NCBI GenBank assembly: GCA_964016885.1
Contig: OZ024762.1
Span: 4,030,001 to 4,094,000 of the forward strand
Direction: 5' to 3'
Source of the DNA: Eledone cirrhosa
Taxonomy: Eukaryota
DNA length: 64,000 nt
Position numbers and translations under genes: made by a program
The notes under the pieces: model-generated
Databases searched by the model: none
The model's input: the letters and a program-made list of their open reading frames with translations, nothing else
What the model was told of the DNA's origin: nothing
Shown: positions 1 through 13,428 of the stretch, piece after piece
Position numbering within the stretch: position 1 is the first letter of the stretch
Layout of the letters: every line of letters starts with the position of its first letter

Positions 1-19
1 ATTAGTGGTCTCCTCAGTC

Positions 20-80
20 AAGTGCCGAGGACATTATGATTGTAAGTCCAACACCCTAACCATTAGGCCATATGGCTCCA
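20..80 (-). mobile_element. tRNA-derived SINE (family B), 5' head fragment
   Basis: Reverse complement reads TGGAGCCATATGGCCTAATGGTTAGGGTGTTGGACTTACAATC, an A-box tRNA-like head matching the copies at 60065-60306 and 63209-63474. Confidence 0.7.
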
Positions 81-174
81 CACACACACACACACACACA
101 CACACAATTATTTCAGTCATATTATACCATAAATTGATCAATGCTATACAGGCTAAAAACTGTATTTTGTAGAG

Positions 175-235
<61 letters not shown>

Positions 236-238
<3 letters not shown>

Positions 239-537
239 TGTTCCCTGACATTCGCGGAATTTTCTAACTAATAATTGTTTGTGGAAACCACCGCATATTC
301 GCGGAATCGTAAATATCTTCCACGATTTATTTTATGGATTTTTTCGTGGCAATATATATTTTAAACGCTAAATTATTAACAACAAAATACCCTACTTGCC
401 GGCCTATTGGACGCCCCTTCACATAAGTATATTTCACGTTTATAGGCATTATTATGGACCACGCCCAATATTCGCGGCTTTTCAGTCTTCACGGGTGCTC
501 TAGGAACGTAAGCCCCGTTAATGTCGGGGAACAACTG
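236..537. mobile_element. Tc1/mariner (Tigger/pogo-like) MITE
   Basis: Imperfect TIRs CAGTGTTCCCTGACATTCGCGG and (rc) CAGTTGTTCCCCGACATTAACGG; preceded by TA and inserted at a (TA)n/(TG)n junction. Confidence 0.7.
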
Positions 538-541
538 TGTG

Positions 542-585
<44 letters not shown>

Positions 586-991
586 AAGTTTCATACACTT
601 AACATGTATGCGTGACCTTCGGTTTCGGGGTCCATTTATGGCCACCAGTGTATTGTGGAGGAGCCCCTTCAACAATGGTCTCTTGTCCTGCATTGTCCTT
701 GCGCCTGATGAGGGCCCAGTGTGGAAATGGCTCCTCCATTATACAGTGGTGGCCATAACTGGATCCAGAAACCTAAGAAACGCATACACAGAGCCATATC
801 TAGGGTAGGGCAAGCATGGCACGTGTCATGGGCGCCCCCTGGACTAGGCGTTATTTCTATTAAAGTCAGATAAGCTATGGTGAGATAGTGAAAAAGAAAC
901 TTCTTGAGAAGAATGATCTGTCTTTGATTATGATGGGTGAGAAACACTGTTGTGGCTGGATCATTATATAAATTAATGGACACTATTATAT

Positions 992-1385
992 AAACTTGGA
1001 CACTAACATCACAACTTGAGAGGAGATTGGATGGCACATATACCCGCCTCTTAATGAGAGTGCAAAACCTATCCTGGAAACGACACCCCACCTTGTCTAA
1101 AATCTATGGCAAACTCCCTCGAGCCTCTGCCCTTCTAAAATCCCGGAGAGCTCAATTTGCTGGCCACTGTCACCGTGCCAGCAATGAAATCATATCCGCT
1201 CTCTTGCTCTGGAACCCTGACTCCAGCCTGACTAGGAGTAGGAAGCTGTCATTCCCTGACGTTATCTCTAGGGATACGGGAATCAGCAGACAGGACCTGG
1301 GGGCAGCGATGGGGGACAGGGGATTCTGGGGCATGAGAGTGAGATCCATCATCTCGACAGTAGTCGACGAGTGATGATGATGATA
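992..1385 (+). mobile_element. 5'-truncated RTE-clade (RTE-X-like) LINE 3' end
   Basis: Translation TWTLTSQLERRLDGTYTRLLMRVQN...RRAQFAGHCHR...LLLWNP resembles the RTE ORF C-terminus; the stop is followed by a (GAT)n tail. Confidence 0.85.
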
Positions 1386-1740
1386 TAAATTATTAGGCCT
1401 CCATAGGTAAAAATACAGTGCTGGGAACTACATGTTCACAGAGGGATACCTCATAGTATGACTTGTCAAATATGTTAATAGGGTTTTAATATTTATCACA
1501 GATCACTTCCTTTAAATACACTAACACTTATGCCAACACTTTACGTATACTTAAGCGTAAAGGATACCTATAGATCAAATGAAAATGCAGTTTAATGCCC
1601 TAAGCCCTCATTTATTTAAACTGTACTATCAATCTCATTGCCTAACAACTACTATATAACTTGCTGCATGGGCAGGGGCACAGTTTCAATGTTTGCCATA
1701 GGAGCTATTTTCCACTCTTACACCTCTGCCTCTAACTGTT

Positions 1741-2065
1741 TGAGTTCAAATCCCGCCGAGGTTAACTTTGCCTTTCATCCTTACGGGGTCGATAAAATAA
1801 AGTACCAGTAATGCACTGGGATAATTGCTGGCCTTGTGCCAAAAGTAGAAACAATTATATATACTAAAAAAGGGCCGTGAATTGGCAGTATCGGTAGAGG
1901 GTCGGACGCCGTGCTTTGACGCATAGAGTTACGGCCCTTGCCATTCTGAGATCAAATCCCACCGAGGTTAACTTTGCCTTTCATCCTTACGGAGGTCGAT
2001 AAAATAAAGTACCAGTAATGCACTGGGATAATTGCTGGCCTTGTGCCAAAAGTAGAAACAATTAT
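1741..2065 (+). mobile_element. Two tandem copies of tRNA-derived SINE family A
   Basis: B-box GAGTTCAAATCC, body GCCTTTCATCCTTACGGGGTCGATAAAATAAAGTACCAG and tail AGAAACAATTA; copies at 1741-1858 (5'-truncated) and 1872-2065. Confidence 0.85.
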
Positions 2066-2659
2066 TTAAACTAAATAAGCTCTCTTGCAATAGATTGAGT
2101 ATTATTTTCCTTGACCTTTTATCTACGGATATCACACACACACACACACACACACCCACACACACACCCACACACACACACACACACAAGCCAACAGTAG
2201 AGCCTCTATGTGGTTATCTGAATTTCTAGAAACAACAGTCACATTTCCACTGTCTTCAAATTAGGAATGACTCATTGAAGAATTTAGTCGAAGATATATG
2301 ATACTGGGGGGAAAATAGACAGGATGGTCATGTTGGGAATACCTTTGAGATTATGTCAGTTTAATGTGTCTATATATGTGTGTGTGTATATATAGAGATA
2401 CAGAGATATATATACACATATATAGAGTTGACACAGACACTCCTAGGGCTTCCTCAAACATTCTTTGATGCAGTTTCTCGTTGTTGTAACAGTCACGTGG
2501 TTAGAGGCAATTAATGGCGCTAAAAATACTGGTATCCACATATATATATATACATATATATATACACACATACACATACAGGCATCTCCATATATACATA
2601 GAGGCATACATACATATATACACATATATATATATACACACTTACAGGCATCTACATAT

Positions 2660-2735
<76 letters not shown>

Positions 2736-2907
2736 TATATATACTTACAGGCATCCACATATATACATAGAGGCATATATATATATATATATATATATAT
2801 ACGGTAGTGTCCAATCCGTATGAAGAACTCAATGTAATCCAAATATCATGAAAAGAGAAAATGCATTCAAAAATTTTCGATGAAAATCCCAGGAAAACAG
2901 AATCAAG

Positions 2908-3253
2908 ATAAATTAATAAAAACAAAGAACAAGTTCCTTATATTAAAAAATTCATCATTTTACGATCGTTTCTAGGATATATATATGTGTGGTGGTATGT
3001 ATATCATATAGATCTATGTAAAAATATTACAAACTATCAGAGGAAATATACATACCTTCACGTTATTTCTGAAGACAGCATATATATGTGTAGGTATGTA
3101 TATTCCCTCTGATAGTTTGTAAAATATTTACATAGATCTATATGATATACATACCAACACACACATATATATCCTAGAAACGATCGTAAAATGATGAATT
3201 TTTTTAATATAAGGAACTTGTTCTTTGTTTTTATTCATTGTTTTTATTAATTT
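2908..3253. repeat. ~150-bp-arm inverted repeat, Penelope-like pLTR fold-back
   Basis: 2908-3057 is nearly the reverse complement of 3092-3253. The ~35-nt spacer contains CTGAAGA, the 5' half of a hammerhead core. Flanked by (TA)n. Confidence 0.75.
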
Positions 3254-4005
3254 ATATATATATATATATATATATATACACTTACAGGCATCCACATATA
3301 TACATATATATATATGTATATATATATACTTACAGGCATCCACATGTACACCCATATAGACCATATCGTGCACATACACACACACTCACACATAAAAGGA
3401 ACACACACACACGTACAAAGCAACATACACACATAAATACACAAAAAGCAACATACACATACATATATTCATACATGTACATAAACAAGCTCACATTTGC
3501 GCGCACACACACACACACACATCCTCACCAAACACACATACACAACAGTCAAGACCACACACACACACACAGAACATATCGATAAACAGGTAGCTAACAC
3601 ACACACACGTGCACACAACACACACACATGTGCACACGCACACACGTGCACACAACACACACACATGTGCACATAACACACACACACATTGCGAAACATT
3701 CCTTAAGTGCGGGGAGTGCCTTTGATCCATTAGTCACGTGACTAGCTGCAGTGAATGGATGCGCATGCACACACACCTTCACATACATACACACACATGC
3801 AGTGAATGGAGGCGTACACACCTTCACATACATATACACACACACAAGCAGTGAATGGAAGCACACACACACACCTTCACATACCTATATACACACACAT
3901 GCAGTGAATGGATGCGTATGCACACACGCCCTAACACACACATATATATATATATATACAGACAAACATGCAGTGTATGATGCGCATGCACATACGTTAA
4001 CACTC

Positions 4006-4037
<32 letters not shown>

Positions 4038-4046
4038 ATATATATA

Positions 4047-4195
4047 AATTGACGGTCCCAGCATGGGTTTCACTGCTAGTACCGGTTACATCTCAGCGTA
4101 CTCAATAGGTAGTAGACACAGGTATTCGCTTCAATACAACACACGTAAATGGGTACCTTCAATTTATACACGTACTACAGTTTCGGCTACACTTA
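4047..4195 (-). mobile_element. Penelope-like pLTR fragment with 3' half of a hammerhead
   Basis: Minus strand GTAGCC-GAAA-C-TGTA-G-TA gives GAAA, a minimal stem III and a GUA triplet; the 5' half is lost into microsatellite. Confidence 0.45.
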
Positions 4196-4196
4196 T

Positions 4197-4228
<32 letters not shown>

Positions 4229-4234
4229 GTGTGT

Positions 4235-4820
4235 CTAGGGCGGGTAACATTCCCGAGATCCATGGACGAGTTCTCTCCAGCGGCCTCTGTCCCTCATTAT
4301 CGCTGCCATGTCCTGCGTCTCCAACAGACCAGGGTCTGTCCTTAGGGCATCAACATACGTTAACCTTGGTCTTCCTCTTCCAGCGTGTCCATGCAGGGGC
4401 TCCCACGTGAGCACTGGGTGCAGTGTCAACTCTGGATGTCGGTGAGCATGTCCAGCCAACCTCAGTCTCCTCTGTGTCACTTTTGAGCTGACTTTTGGGA
4501 GGCTCCCATACAGCTCTGAGTTTTTCATCCTCAGTGTATACTGATTAATGTTCAGAGCCATCCTCAGCATTCTCGTGTAGCAGCCATCCACCATCTGAGT
4601 GAGTTTCTTGGTCAGTGTCCAAGTCTCAGACTCCACTACAGCAACGAAGAGGCGGATTTTCAGGTCTTTACGAAGGTCCGACTTCCACACCGATCTCAAA
4701 CTGTGGCACGCCGCCCAGGCTTTGCTCTTCCTCTCGACCACATCATCTTCCATATTCCCAATTTTTGCTCCCAAATACAGGAAGTCCTCAACCAATTCTA
4801 GCGGCTTCCCGCCTACATTA
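4235..4820 (-). mobile_element. RTE-clade LINE fragment (RT C-terminus to 3' end)
   Basis: ORF reads LELVEDFLYLG...ETWTLTKK...DGCYTRMLR...RRLRLAGHAHR...GRGRPRLTY, typical of RTE. Confidence 0.9.
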
Positions 4821-4878
<58 letters not shown>

Positions 4879-5429
4879 GCACACATACATATATATATGC
4901 AAACACACACATTCAGAAGCGCATACATATACATAGAGTTACACACCTACAATGATACTTATAATTAAACATATAGTTACACACATACCTGTACGCACAC
5001 ACGTCTACACACATACACTCACACACGTCTACACACATACCCATACGCACACACGTCTACACACATACTCACATTCACACACGTCTACACACATACACTC
5101 ACACACGTCTACACACATACCCATACGCACACACGTCTACACATATACTCACATTCACACACGTCTACACACATACTCACACTCACACACGCACGTCTAC
5201 ATCACTATACATGTACATACACATATCTCTCTCTCTAAGTGTGTGTGTGTGTGTATGTCCACATGTATGTATATATATATATACACACCCTCACACACAC
5301 ATATATATCTATCATACACATGTACACGTTCCTTTGATCCCTATTTCTCGTTACTCCAATCACAGACACGTGACCAGCAAGGGTTTACTACCAAATTGTT
5401 GTACAAACACACACACACACACACACACA

Positions 5430-5900
5430 CATACATATGCATACACACATACATATACATATACATACATAGATATATAAGCACATACATATACATACAC
5501 ACACACATACATATAGATACACACATACATATACATACATACACACACACATATCATCATCATCGTTTAACGTCCGTCTTCCACGCTAAAGACGGACGTT
5601 AAACGATGATGATGATGATGAAATGTATGTGTATGTATGCATATGTATGTGTGTGTATATGTATGTGTGTATCTATATGTATGTCTATATGTATATGTAT
5701 GTGTGTATCTATATGTATGTCTATATGTATATGTATGTGTATCTATATGTATGTCTATATATATGTGTGTGTGTATGTATATGTATGTGCTTATATATAT
5801 ATATATACACATAGATATATAAGCACATACATATACATACACACACACATATATATATATAAACATACATACATACACACACACACATATACATATATAT
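5430..5900. repeat. Fold-back (direct-inverted-direct) duplication centred on a SINE-tail palindrome
   Basis: Perfect hairpin CATCATCATCGTTTAACGTCCGTCTT-ccacgcta-AAGACGGACGTTAAACGATGATGATG near 5555-5614. The marker TATAAGCACATACATATACATAC occurs + at ~5475, rc at ~5775 and + at ~5817. Confidence 0.75.
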
Positions 5901-6182
5901 ATACACATACATATATACATACATACATACACCCACACATCTATGTTCATTGACTTTACCATACAAATGCATGCGTATATATATATATACATATATATAC
6001 ACCCACACACATACATCCTTCCACTTCGCCCACATGTGTATATATCCGCAACACACACACATTTACGTAAATTGACTTTTTCACCCACACACCCTCCCAC
6101 GCCCCTCCCCCCGCCACCGAGAAACTGAGGAATCCTTCCACTGTCCCCCCCCCCGCCCCCCCCCCCTCTACCACTACTGTTG

Positions 6183-6249
6183 GTTACCATAGAAACCTAG
6201 AGCGACACCAGAGAGATTCCTCGTTCGATCACGTGTTTCCATCGACAAC
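6183..6249. promoter_or_regulatory. Candidate cis-regulatory module: two RFX X-box-like motifs and an E-box
   Basis: GTTACCATAGAAAC (6183-6196), CACGTG (6230-6235) and GTTTCCATCGACAAC (6235-6249) in a short CpG-retaining unique island between microsatellites. Confidence 0.4.
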
Positions 6250-6424
6250 TGCAAAATACATATATACACATATATACATACATATATATATATATATAGA
6301 TATATACACATATATACATACATATACATATATATATATATACATATATATATACATATATATATATACACACATACATTCATATATACACATATATACA
6401 TACACACATTCATATACATACACG

Positions 6425-6460
<36 letters not shown>

Positions 6461-6551
6461 TATATTCATACATCTGATCAACAGACGTTCGATGCCACAT
6501 GGATTCAACAACCAGAGAGGGGGGGGGGGTAGATAGATAGAGAGATAGAGA

Positions 6552-6611
<60 letters not shown>

Positions 6612-6669
6612 TACACGATGCCATGGGATACACAATTGGTTTTCGTGTCATTAATGAATTCCGCTACAT

Positions 6670-6691
6670 ACACACACACACACACACATGT

Positions 6692-6722
<31 letters not shown>

Positions 6723-7062
6723 TACACACACATACATACATATATACACAGTATTGGTTTTGCATAATTTGATATAATAAAAAAAAATGTGTACAGTGCA
6801 CATTTTTTAATGAATTCCGCTACACACACACACAGACACATGTACACACACATGTACACACACACACACACATGTACACACACACACACACACACACACA
6901 TGTACACACACACACACGCATGTACACACACACAGACATGTGTACACACACACACACACACAGACACATACACACACGCATGTACACACACACACACACA
7001 CACATGTACACACACAAACACAGACACATGTACACAAACACAGACACATGTACACACACACA

Positions 7063-7099
<37 letters not shown>

Positions 7100-7243
7100 A
7101 CACACACACACACACACATGTACACGCACACACACACACATGTACACACACATGTACACACACACACACATGTGTACACACACACACACATGTACACACA
7201 CACATGTACACACACATGTACACACACATGTACACACACACAC
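6670..7243. repeat. (CA)n / CACATGTA compound microsatellite
   Basis: Directly visible. Confidence 0.9.
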
Positions 7244-7369
7244 TTGATCCACAGAAGTTGGCTGTCCCATGGATTCCACCTCAGAGAGCGGTTGAGAGAG
7301 ATAAACGCAGAGACGCGCAGACATGATTGTATAAAGGATTGATCGACTTTCGTCATATCGGACCGAGGA

Positions 7370-7560
7370 AACACTGTTTCCGTTAGTCTTTCCAGTTGCT
7401 AGTACTATCTGTCGGTCGCAACTCCAGCTAGAAGGAGCAGCGTGAAATAAAGTGTCTTGCTCAAGGACAAAACGCATCGCCCGGTCCAGGAATCGGTCCA
7501 GGAATCGAACTCACAACCTCATGATTGTGAATCCAATTCTCTAACCACTCAGCCACACAC
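7370..7560 (-). mobile_element. tRNA-derived SINE family B
   Basis: rc: GTGTGGCTGAGTGGTTAGAG...GAGTTCGATTCC...TTGTCCTTGAGCAAGACACTTTATTTCAC, i.e. A/B boxes and a CORE-like central domain. Confidence 0.8.
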
Positions 7561-7663
7561 CTTCACGTGTGTGTATATATATATATATATATATAGACAT
7601 AGATACATATGTATGTGTGTCTATATATATATATATAGACATAGATACATATGTATGTGTGTC

Positions 7664-7698
<35 letters not shown>

Positions 7699-7806
7699 TA
7701 AGTATTTCCGAAGAAAACGCAAAGGAAAAAAGAGTGCTCTATGTATAAAACAGAGCTATTTAATTAGAAAGTCAACAACACAATATGTAACTACTCCATT
7801 ACCAAA

Positions 7807-7862
<56 letters not shown>

Positions 7863-7971
7863 TGTTAAACAATATATATATATATATATATATAAGTGTT
7901 AAACAATATTCAATGATTATGTCTTATGATTAAATCTTAACCATTTAACATCTCAGGGTATGTCATGTATC

Positions 7972-8034
7972 ATTATATTTTGTCTGATGAGGACGTACTG
8001 TTGTACATCCGAAATATGTATAATAAAATGTAAT
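7972..8034 (+). ncRNA. Minimal type-I hammerhead ribozyme (Penelope-type), HHR1
   Basis: Stem I ATTATATTTTGT/ATAAAATGTAAT; CTGATGA at 7984-7990; stem II GGACGTAC-tgtt-GTACATCC; GAAA; quasi-palindromic stem III TATGTA; AUA site, cut after 8022. Confidence 0.85.
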
Positions 8035-8119
8035 TGATCAAAAGAACATCTATTTTATTAATACTTATATTTTAATATATATATATATATATATAAATAT
8101 ATATATATATGTTTATATA

Positions 8120-8256
8120 TTTGTTTCTATTTTTGGAACAAGGCCAGCAATTACCCAGTGCATTACTGGTACTATTTTATCGACCCCCCCCCCTCCCGTA
8201 AGGATGAAGGTGAAAGACAAAGTTAACCTCGGCGGGATTTGAACTCAGAATGGCAA
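8120..8256 (-). mobile_element. SINE family A, 5'-truncated
   Basis: Reverse-complement match to 1741-1858. Confidence 0.8.
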
Positions 8257-8310
8257 TATATATAATAAGTTGAGGGAACCAGCATGTATTTCACTGGTAG
8301 TACCTGTTAC

Positions 8311-8368
<58 letters not shown>

Positions 8369-8543
8369 GAAGATCTATTTAAATTGTTGGGATACAACAA
8401 GCAAATATTTTTATAACTGATATAAAGCACTCAACAAATAATTGGAGTAAACATACGATATTAACTATCCGGGAGCTTCCAACAGTAATGGTCGCATTCT
8501 TTAAGGGTATGTCAATATTTATTTATAAAACTGCTCTATATTA

Positions 8544-8608
8544 TATTTTATCTGAAGAAAGCACACCATAATCTAACTTGGTGTCCTTGAAATATGTATA
8601 ATGAAATA
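8544..8608 (+). ncRNA. Minimal type-I hammerhead ribozyme, HHR2
   Basis: Stem I TATTTTAT/ATGAAATA; CTGAAGA at 8552-8558; stem II AAGCACACCA-loop-TGGTGTCCTT; GAAA-TATGTA-TA; cut after 8600. Confidence 0.85.
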
Positions 8609-8647
8609 AATATGGTTTTATAAATATAGTTTCCATTTGTTAATATC

Positions 8648-8699
<52 letters not shown>

Positions 8700-8702
<3 letters not shown>

Positions 8703-9045
8703 GGAGGTGAGTTTTATTGTAGTACAATAAAGCAATGCAGATATCGGATAAGAAGCACTCTACAGTTTGTAGGACTGGAGTATACATAATATATAAGAAC
8801 AAAAGATGGTTAAAAGAGTTCCATGTATTTTATTATGCGCATTTCAAAAACAAATATTTCAAAAACAAATATCATGTTGATTTAATCATGTTGATTTAAA
8901 ACTGCACTATCCACAAGTGTTTTTTAACCTTCATATCATGTCTTCCTGTTTTATCTGATGAAAACACAAATATTATTGCATGATGATATTTGTTTTTGAA
9001 ATGCGCATAATAAAATACATGGAACTCTTTTAACCATCTTTTGTT

Positions 9046-9052
<7 letters not shown>
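8700..9052 (+). mobile_element. Penelope-like pLTR fragment with inverted partial copy, in (TA)n
   Basis: 8791-8856 is the reverse complement of 8985-9050; contains HHR3; a near-identical family member lies at 25717-26002. Confidence 0.75.
8947..9017 (+). ncRNA. Minimal type-I hammerhead ribozyme, HHR3
   Basis: Stem I TGTTTTAT/ATAAAATA; CTGATGA at 8955-8961; long stem II AAACACAAATATTATT-gcat-GATGATATTTGTTTTT; GAAA-TGCGCA-TA with palindromic stem III; cut after 9009. Confidence 0.88.
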
Positions 9053-9111
<59 letters not shown>

Positions 9112-9512
9112 TACATACATTGTTTCATGTATGTCCTTAATAGCAATATGAAATATGAAATAGCAGTTTAGCCCTAGGTCAGCTGTGAACGAGCTGGCCT
9201 CAATAGTTAAAGCCATTCCAATGCTGATCATTTCACATCCTTAGCCACCAGAGCGACTATGTTTAATATTAAAAAAACCTACATTTTCTTAGGCGGTTAT
9301 ATATGATTTTAGGGGTAAGATGTGAGGGAACTGGCTGCTATTTCTGGCAGGTCTTAGTGACCATGTTTAGACGAGTCATTCGTTCGTTGGTTTGGTGTCG
9401 GTTTAGGGAACGTTATAAATAAACATATGTTGTAGAGGGAGAGAGGGGGACAGAGAGAGAGAGAGAGGGGGGAGGGGAGGACACTATCTCGTATTACAAT
9501 CAATCGTTCATT

Positions 9513-12500
9513 AATCATCATCATCATCATCACCACTACTACCATCATCATCATCACCACCATCACCACTACTACCATCATCATCACCACCACCATCACC
9601 ACTACTACCATCATCATCACCACCACCATCACCACTACTACCATCATCATCACCACCACCATCACCACTACTACCATCATCATCACCACCACCATCACCA
9701 CTACTACCATCACCACCACCATCACCACCACCACCACCACCACCACCATCACCACCACCACCACCACCAGCCCACTACTGTCCTCCTCCCCTACACCTCT
9801 TCGTCATCATAATTACTATCATTACCACATCTGTACCGCCACCCCCACATGGTGTTATATGAGAGTGAAATACACCACCACCAACACCCCCACCTACAAC
9901 AACACTACCACCACCACCACCGCCACCACACCACCACCACACCACATCACATCACACCACACCACACCACACCATCACCACCAACACCACACCACACCAT
10001 CACCACACCACACCACCACAACCATCACCACCACCACCACCACATCACTACCACCACCACCACCACCACACAACACCATCACCACCTCACCACCAACACC
10101 ATCACCACATCACACCACCACCACCATCAACACACCATCAACGCACCAACACACCATGCTCAAAACTACCACCACCACCACACCACACCACACCACCACT
10201 ACCACACCACCACAACCACCACTACCACACCACACCAACCACAACCACCACTACCACACCACACCACCACCACCACAACCACCACTACCACACCACACCA
10301 CCACCACCACACCACACCACACCACCACTACCACACCACACCACCACCACCACAACCACCACTACCACACCACACCACACCACCACTACCACACCACCAC
10401 CACCACCACCACCACACCACACCACACCACCACACCACACCACCACACCACATCACACCACACCACCACATCACACCACACCACCACCACACCACCACAC
10501 CACATCACACCACCACCACAGCACATCACATCACACCACACCACATCACACCACCACCACCACCACAGCACATCACATCACACCACACCACATCACACCA
10601 CCACCACACCACCACCACCACCACCACAGCACATCACATCACACCACACCACCACACCACATCACACCACCACCACCACACCACCACATCACACCACACC
10701 ACCACCACACCACATCACACCACCACCACCACCACACCACACCACCACCACAGCACACCACCACCACCACCACACCACCACACCACATCACACCACCACC
10801 ACAGCACACCACCACCACCACCACACCACCACACCACATCACACCACCACCACACCACCACCACCACCACACCACACCACCACCACCACCACCCCACACC
10901 ACACCACATCACACCACCACCACCACACCACCACCATCACACCACCACCACACCACCACCACCACCACCACAGCACAGCACACCACACCACCACACCACA
11001 TCACATCACACCACCACCACACCACCACCACCACCACACCACACCACCACCACACCACCACCACCACCACCACATCACACCACCACCACCACACCACACC
11101 ACCACACCACATCACACCCAAACTACCCTACCCTATATTTCAAGACACACCCTCCGTTGTACCCCAGTGCAGGTGGCTTGGAGGGAAAACACGACGGAAG
11201 TATCTTGTGGTAGTAGTGGTGGTGGTGGTGGTAGTGGTAGTAGTGGTAGTGGTGGTAGTAGTAGTGGTAGTAGTGGTAGTGGTGGTAGTAAAGACAGTAG
11301 TAATGGTAGGGTAGTAGTAGTAGTGGTAGTAGTGGTAGTAGTAGTAGTAGTAGTGGTAGTAGTGGTAGTAGTGGTAGTGGTAGTAGTGGTAGTAGTAGTA
11401 GTAGTGGTAGTAGTGGTAGTAGTGGTAGTGGTAGTAGTGGTAGTAGTAGTAGTAGTAGTGGTAGTAGTGGTAGTAGTAGTAGTAGTAGTGGTAGTAGTGG
11501 TAGTAGTGGTAGTGGTAGTAGTGGTAGTAGTGGTAGTGGTGGTAGTGGTAGTAGTAGTAGTAGTAGTGGTAGTAGTGGTAGTAGTAGTAGTGGTAGTAGT
11601 GGTAGTAGTGGTAGTGGTGGTAGTAAAGACAGTAGTAGTGGTAGTAGTGGTAGTAGTAGTAGTGGTAGTGGTGGTAGTAAAGACAGTAGTAATGGTAGGG
11701 TAGTAGTAGTAGTGGTAGTAGTGGTAGTAGTAGTAGTGGTAGTGGTGGTAGTAAAGACAGTAGTAATGGTAGGGTAGTAGTAGTAGTAGTAGTAGTGGTA
11801 GTAGTGGTAGTAGTAGTAGTGGTAGTGGTGGTAGTAAAGACAGTAGTAATGGTAGGGTAGTAGTAGTAGTGGTAGTAGTGGTAGTAGTAGTAGTGGTAGT
11901 GGTGGTAGTAAAGACAGTAGTAATGGTAGGGTAGTAGTAGTAGTGGTAGTAGTGGTAGTAGTAGTAGTGGTAGTGGTGGTAGTAAAGACAGTAGTAATGG
12001 TAGGGTAGTAGTAGTAGTAGTAGTAGTGGTAGTAGTGGTAGTAGTAGTAGTGGTAGTGGTGGTAGTAAAGACAGTAGTAATGCTAGGGTAGTAGTAGTAG
12101 TGGTAGTAGTGGTAGTAGTAGTAGTGGTAGTGGTGGTAGTAAAGACAGTAGTAATGGTAGGGTAGTAGTAGTAGTGGTAGTAGTGGTAGTAGTAGTAGTG
12201 GTAGTGGTGGTAGTGGTGGTAGTAAAGACAGTAGTAATGCTAGGGTAGTAGTAGTAGTGGTAGTAGTGGTAGTAGTAGTAGTGGTAGTGGTGGTAGTAAA
12301 GACAGTAGTAATGGTAGGGTAGTAGTAGTAGTAGTAGTAGTGGTAGTAGTGGTAGTAGTAGTAGTGGTAGTGGTGGTAGTAAAGACAGTAGTAATGCTAG
12401 GGTAGTAGTAGTAGTGGTAGTAGTGGTAGTAGTAGTAGTGGTAGTGGTGGTAGTAAAGACAGTAGTAATGGTAGGGTAGTAGTAGTAGTGGTAGTAATAG

Positions 12501-12520
12501 TAGTGGTAGTGGTAGTAGTA
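9513..12520. repeat. CAC/CAT-rich block (9513-11120) and GTA/GTG-rich block (11208-12520) with higher-order units containing AAAGACAGTAGTAATGGTAGG
   Basis: Directly visible; source of the long poly-T/H/P/V pseudo-ORFs. Confidence 0.9.
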
Positions 12521-12852
12521 AATGTTTTCATGAATGGAGGGCAGGAAAGATAGGTGGAGTGACGGTTGAGGGAGGGGGAGGGGGGAACTATCATCATCAT
12601 CACCAGCAGTATCACCATCATCATCATCGTCGTCATGACTATCATCTCCAATATCACCCCACACCACCCCAACGCTCTCAATAATCTATATAATTAGACA
12701 CAACTGAAGAATCTCGCGTACACACACACACACATATATATATATATACACACACATACATATATATATATATACACACACACATACACATAGAGAAACA
12801 CCCACAGAAACACACATATATATATATATATATATACACATACAAACACCCC

Positions 12853-12892
<40 letters not shown>

Positions 12893-13025
12893 GAGAAACA
12901 CCCACACACACACATATATATATATATATACACACAGACACATACACAGAGAAACACCCACAGAAACACACACATATATATATATACACACACAGAGAAA
13001 CACCCACATATATATATACACACAG

Positions 13026-13071
<46 letters not shown>

Positions 13072-13390
13072 GAAAAGTATAGAAATTATTGTAGCAAGAA
13101 GCCAACAGTATTCTATTATATATATATATATACATACACATACACACAGAGAAACACCCACACACACATATATATATATACACACACACACATATATATA
13201 TATATATACACACACACAGAGCAACACCCACAGAAACACACACACATATATATATACACACAGAGCAACACCTATATATATATACACATACACACACACA
13301 CACCCACAGAAACACACACACACACACACATGTATATATACACACATACACACAGAGAAACACACAGATATATATATATACACACACACA

Positions 13391-13428
<38 letters not shown>

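Noticed and set aside
700-735. CTGATGA...GAAA hammerhead candidate
   Set aside because: The intervening GGGCCCAGTGTG does not form stem II, and stems I and III are absent.
790-1728. hAT element enclosing the RTE fragment
   Set aside because: The ends resemble hAT termini but share only CAGAG and have no matching TSD.
9849-11703. Long ORFs of 454 and 614 aa resembling mucin or His-rich proteins
   Set aside because: They are open in several frames because triplet repeats lack stops; there is no splice or domain support.
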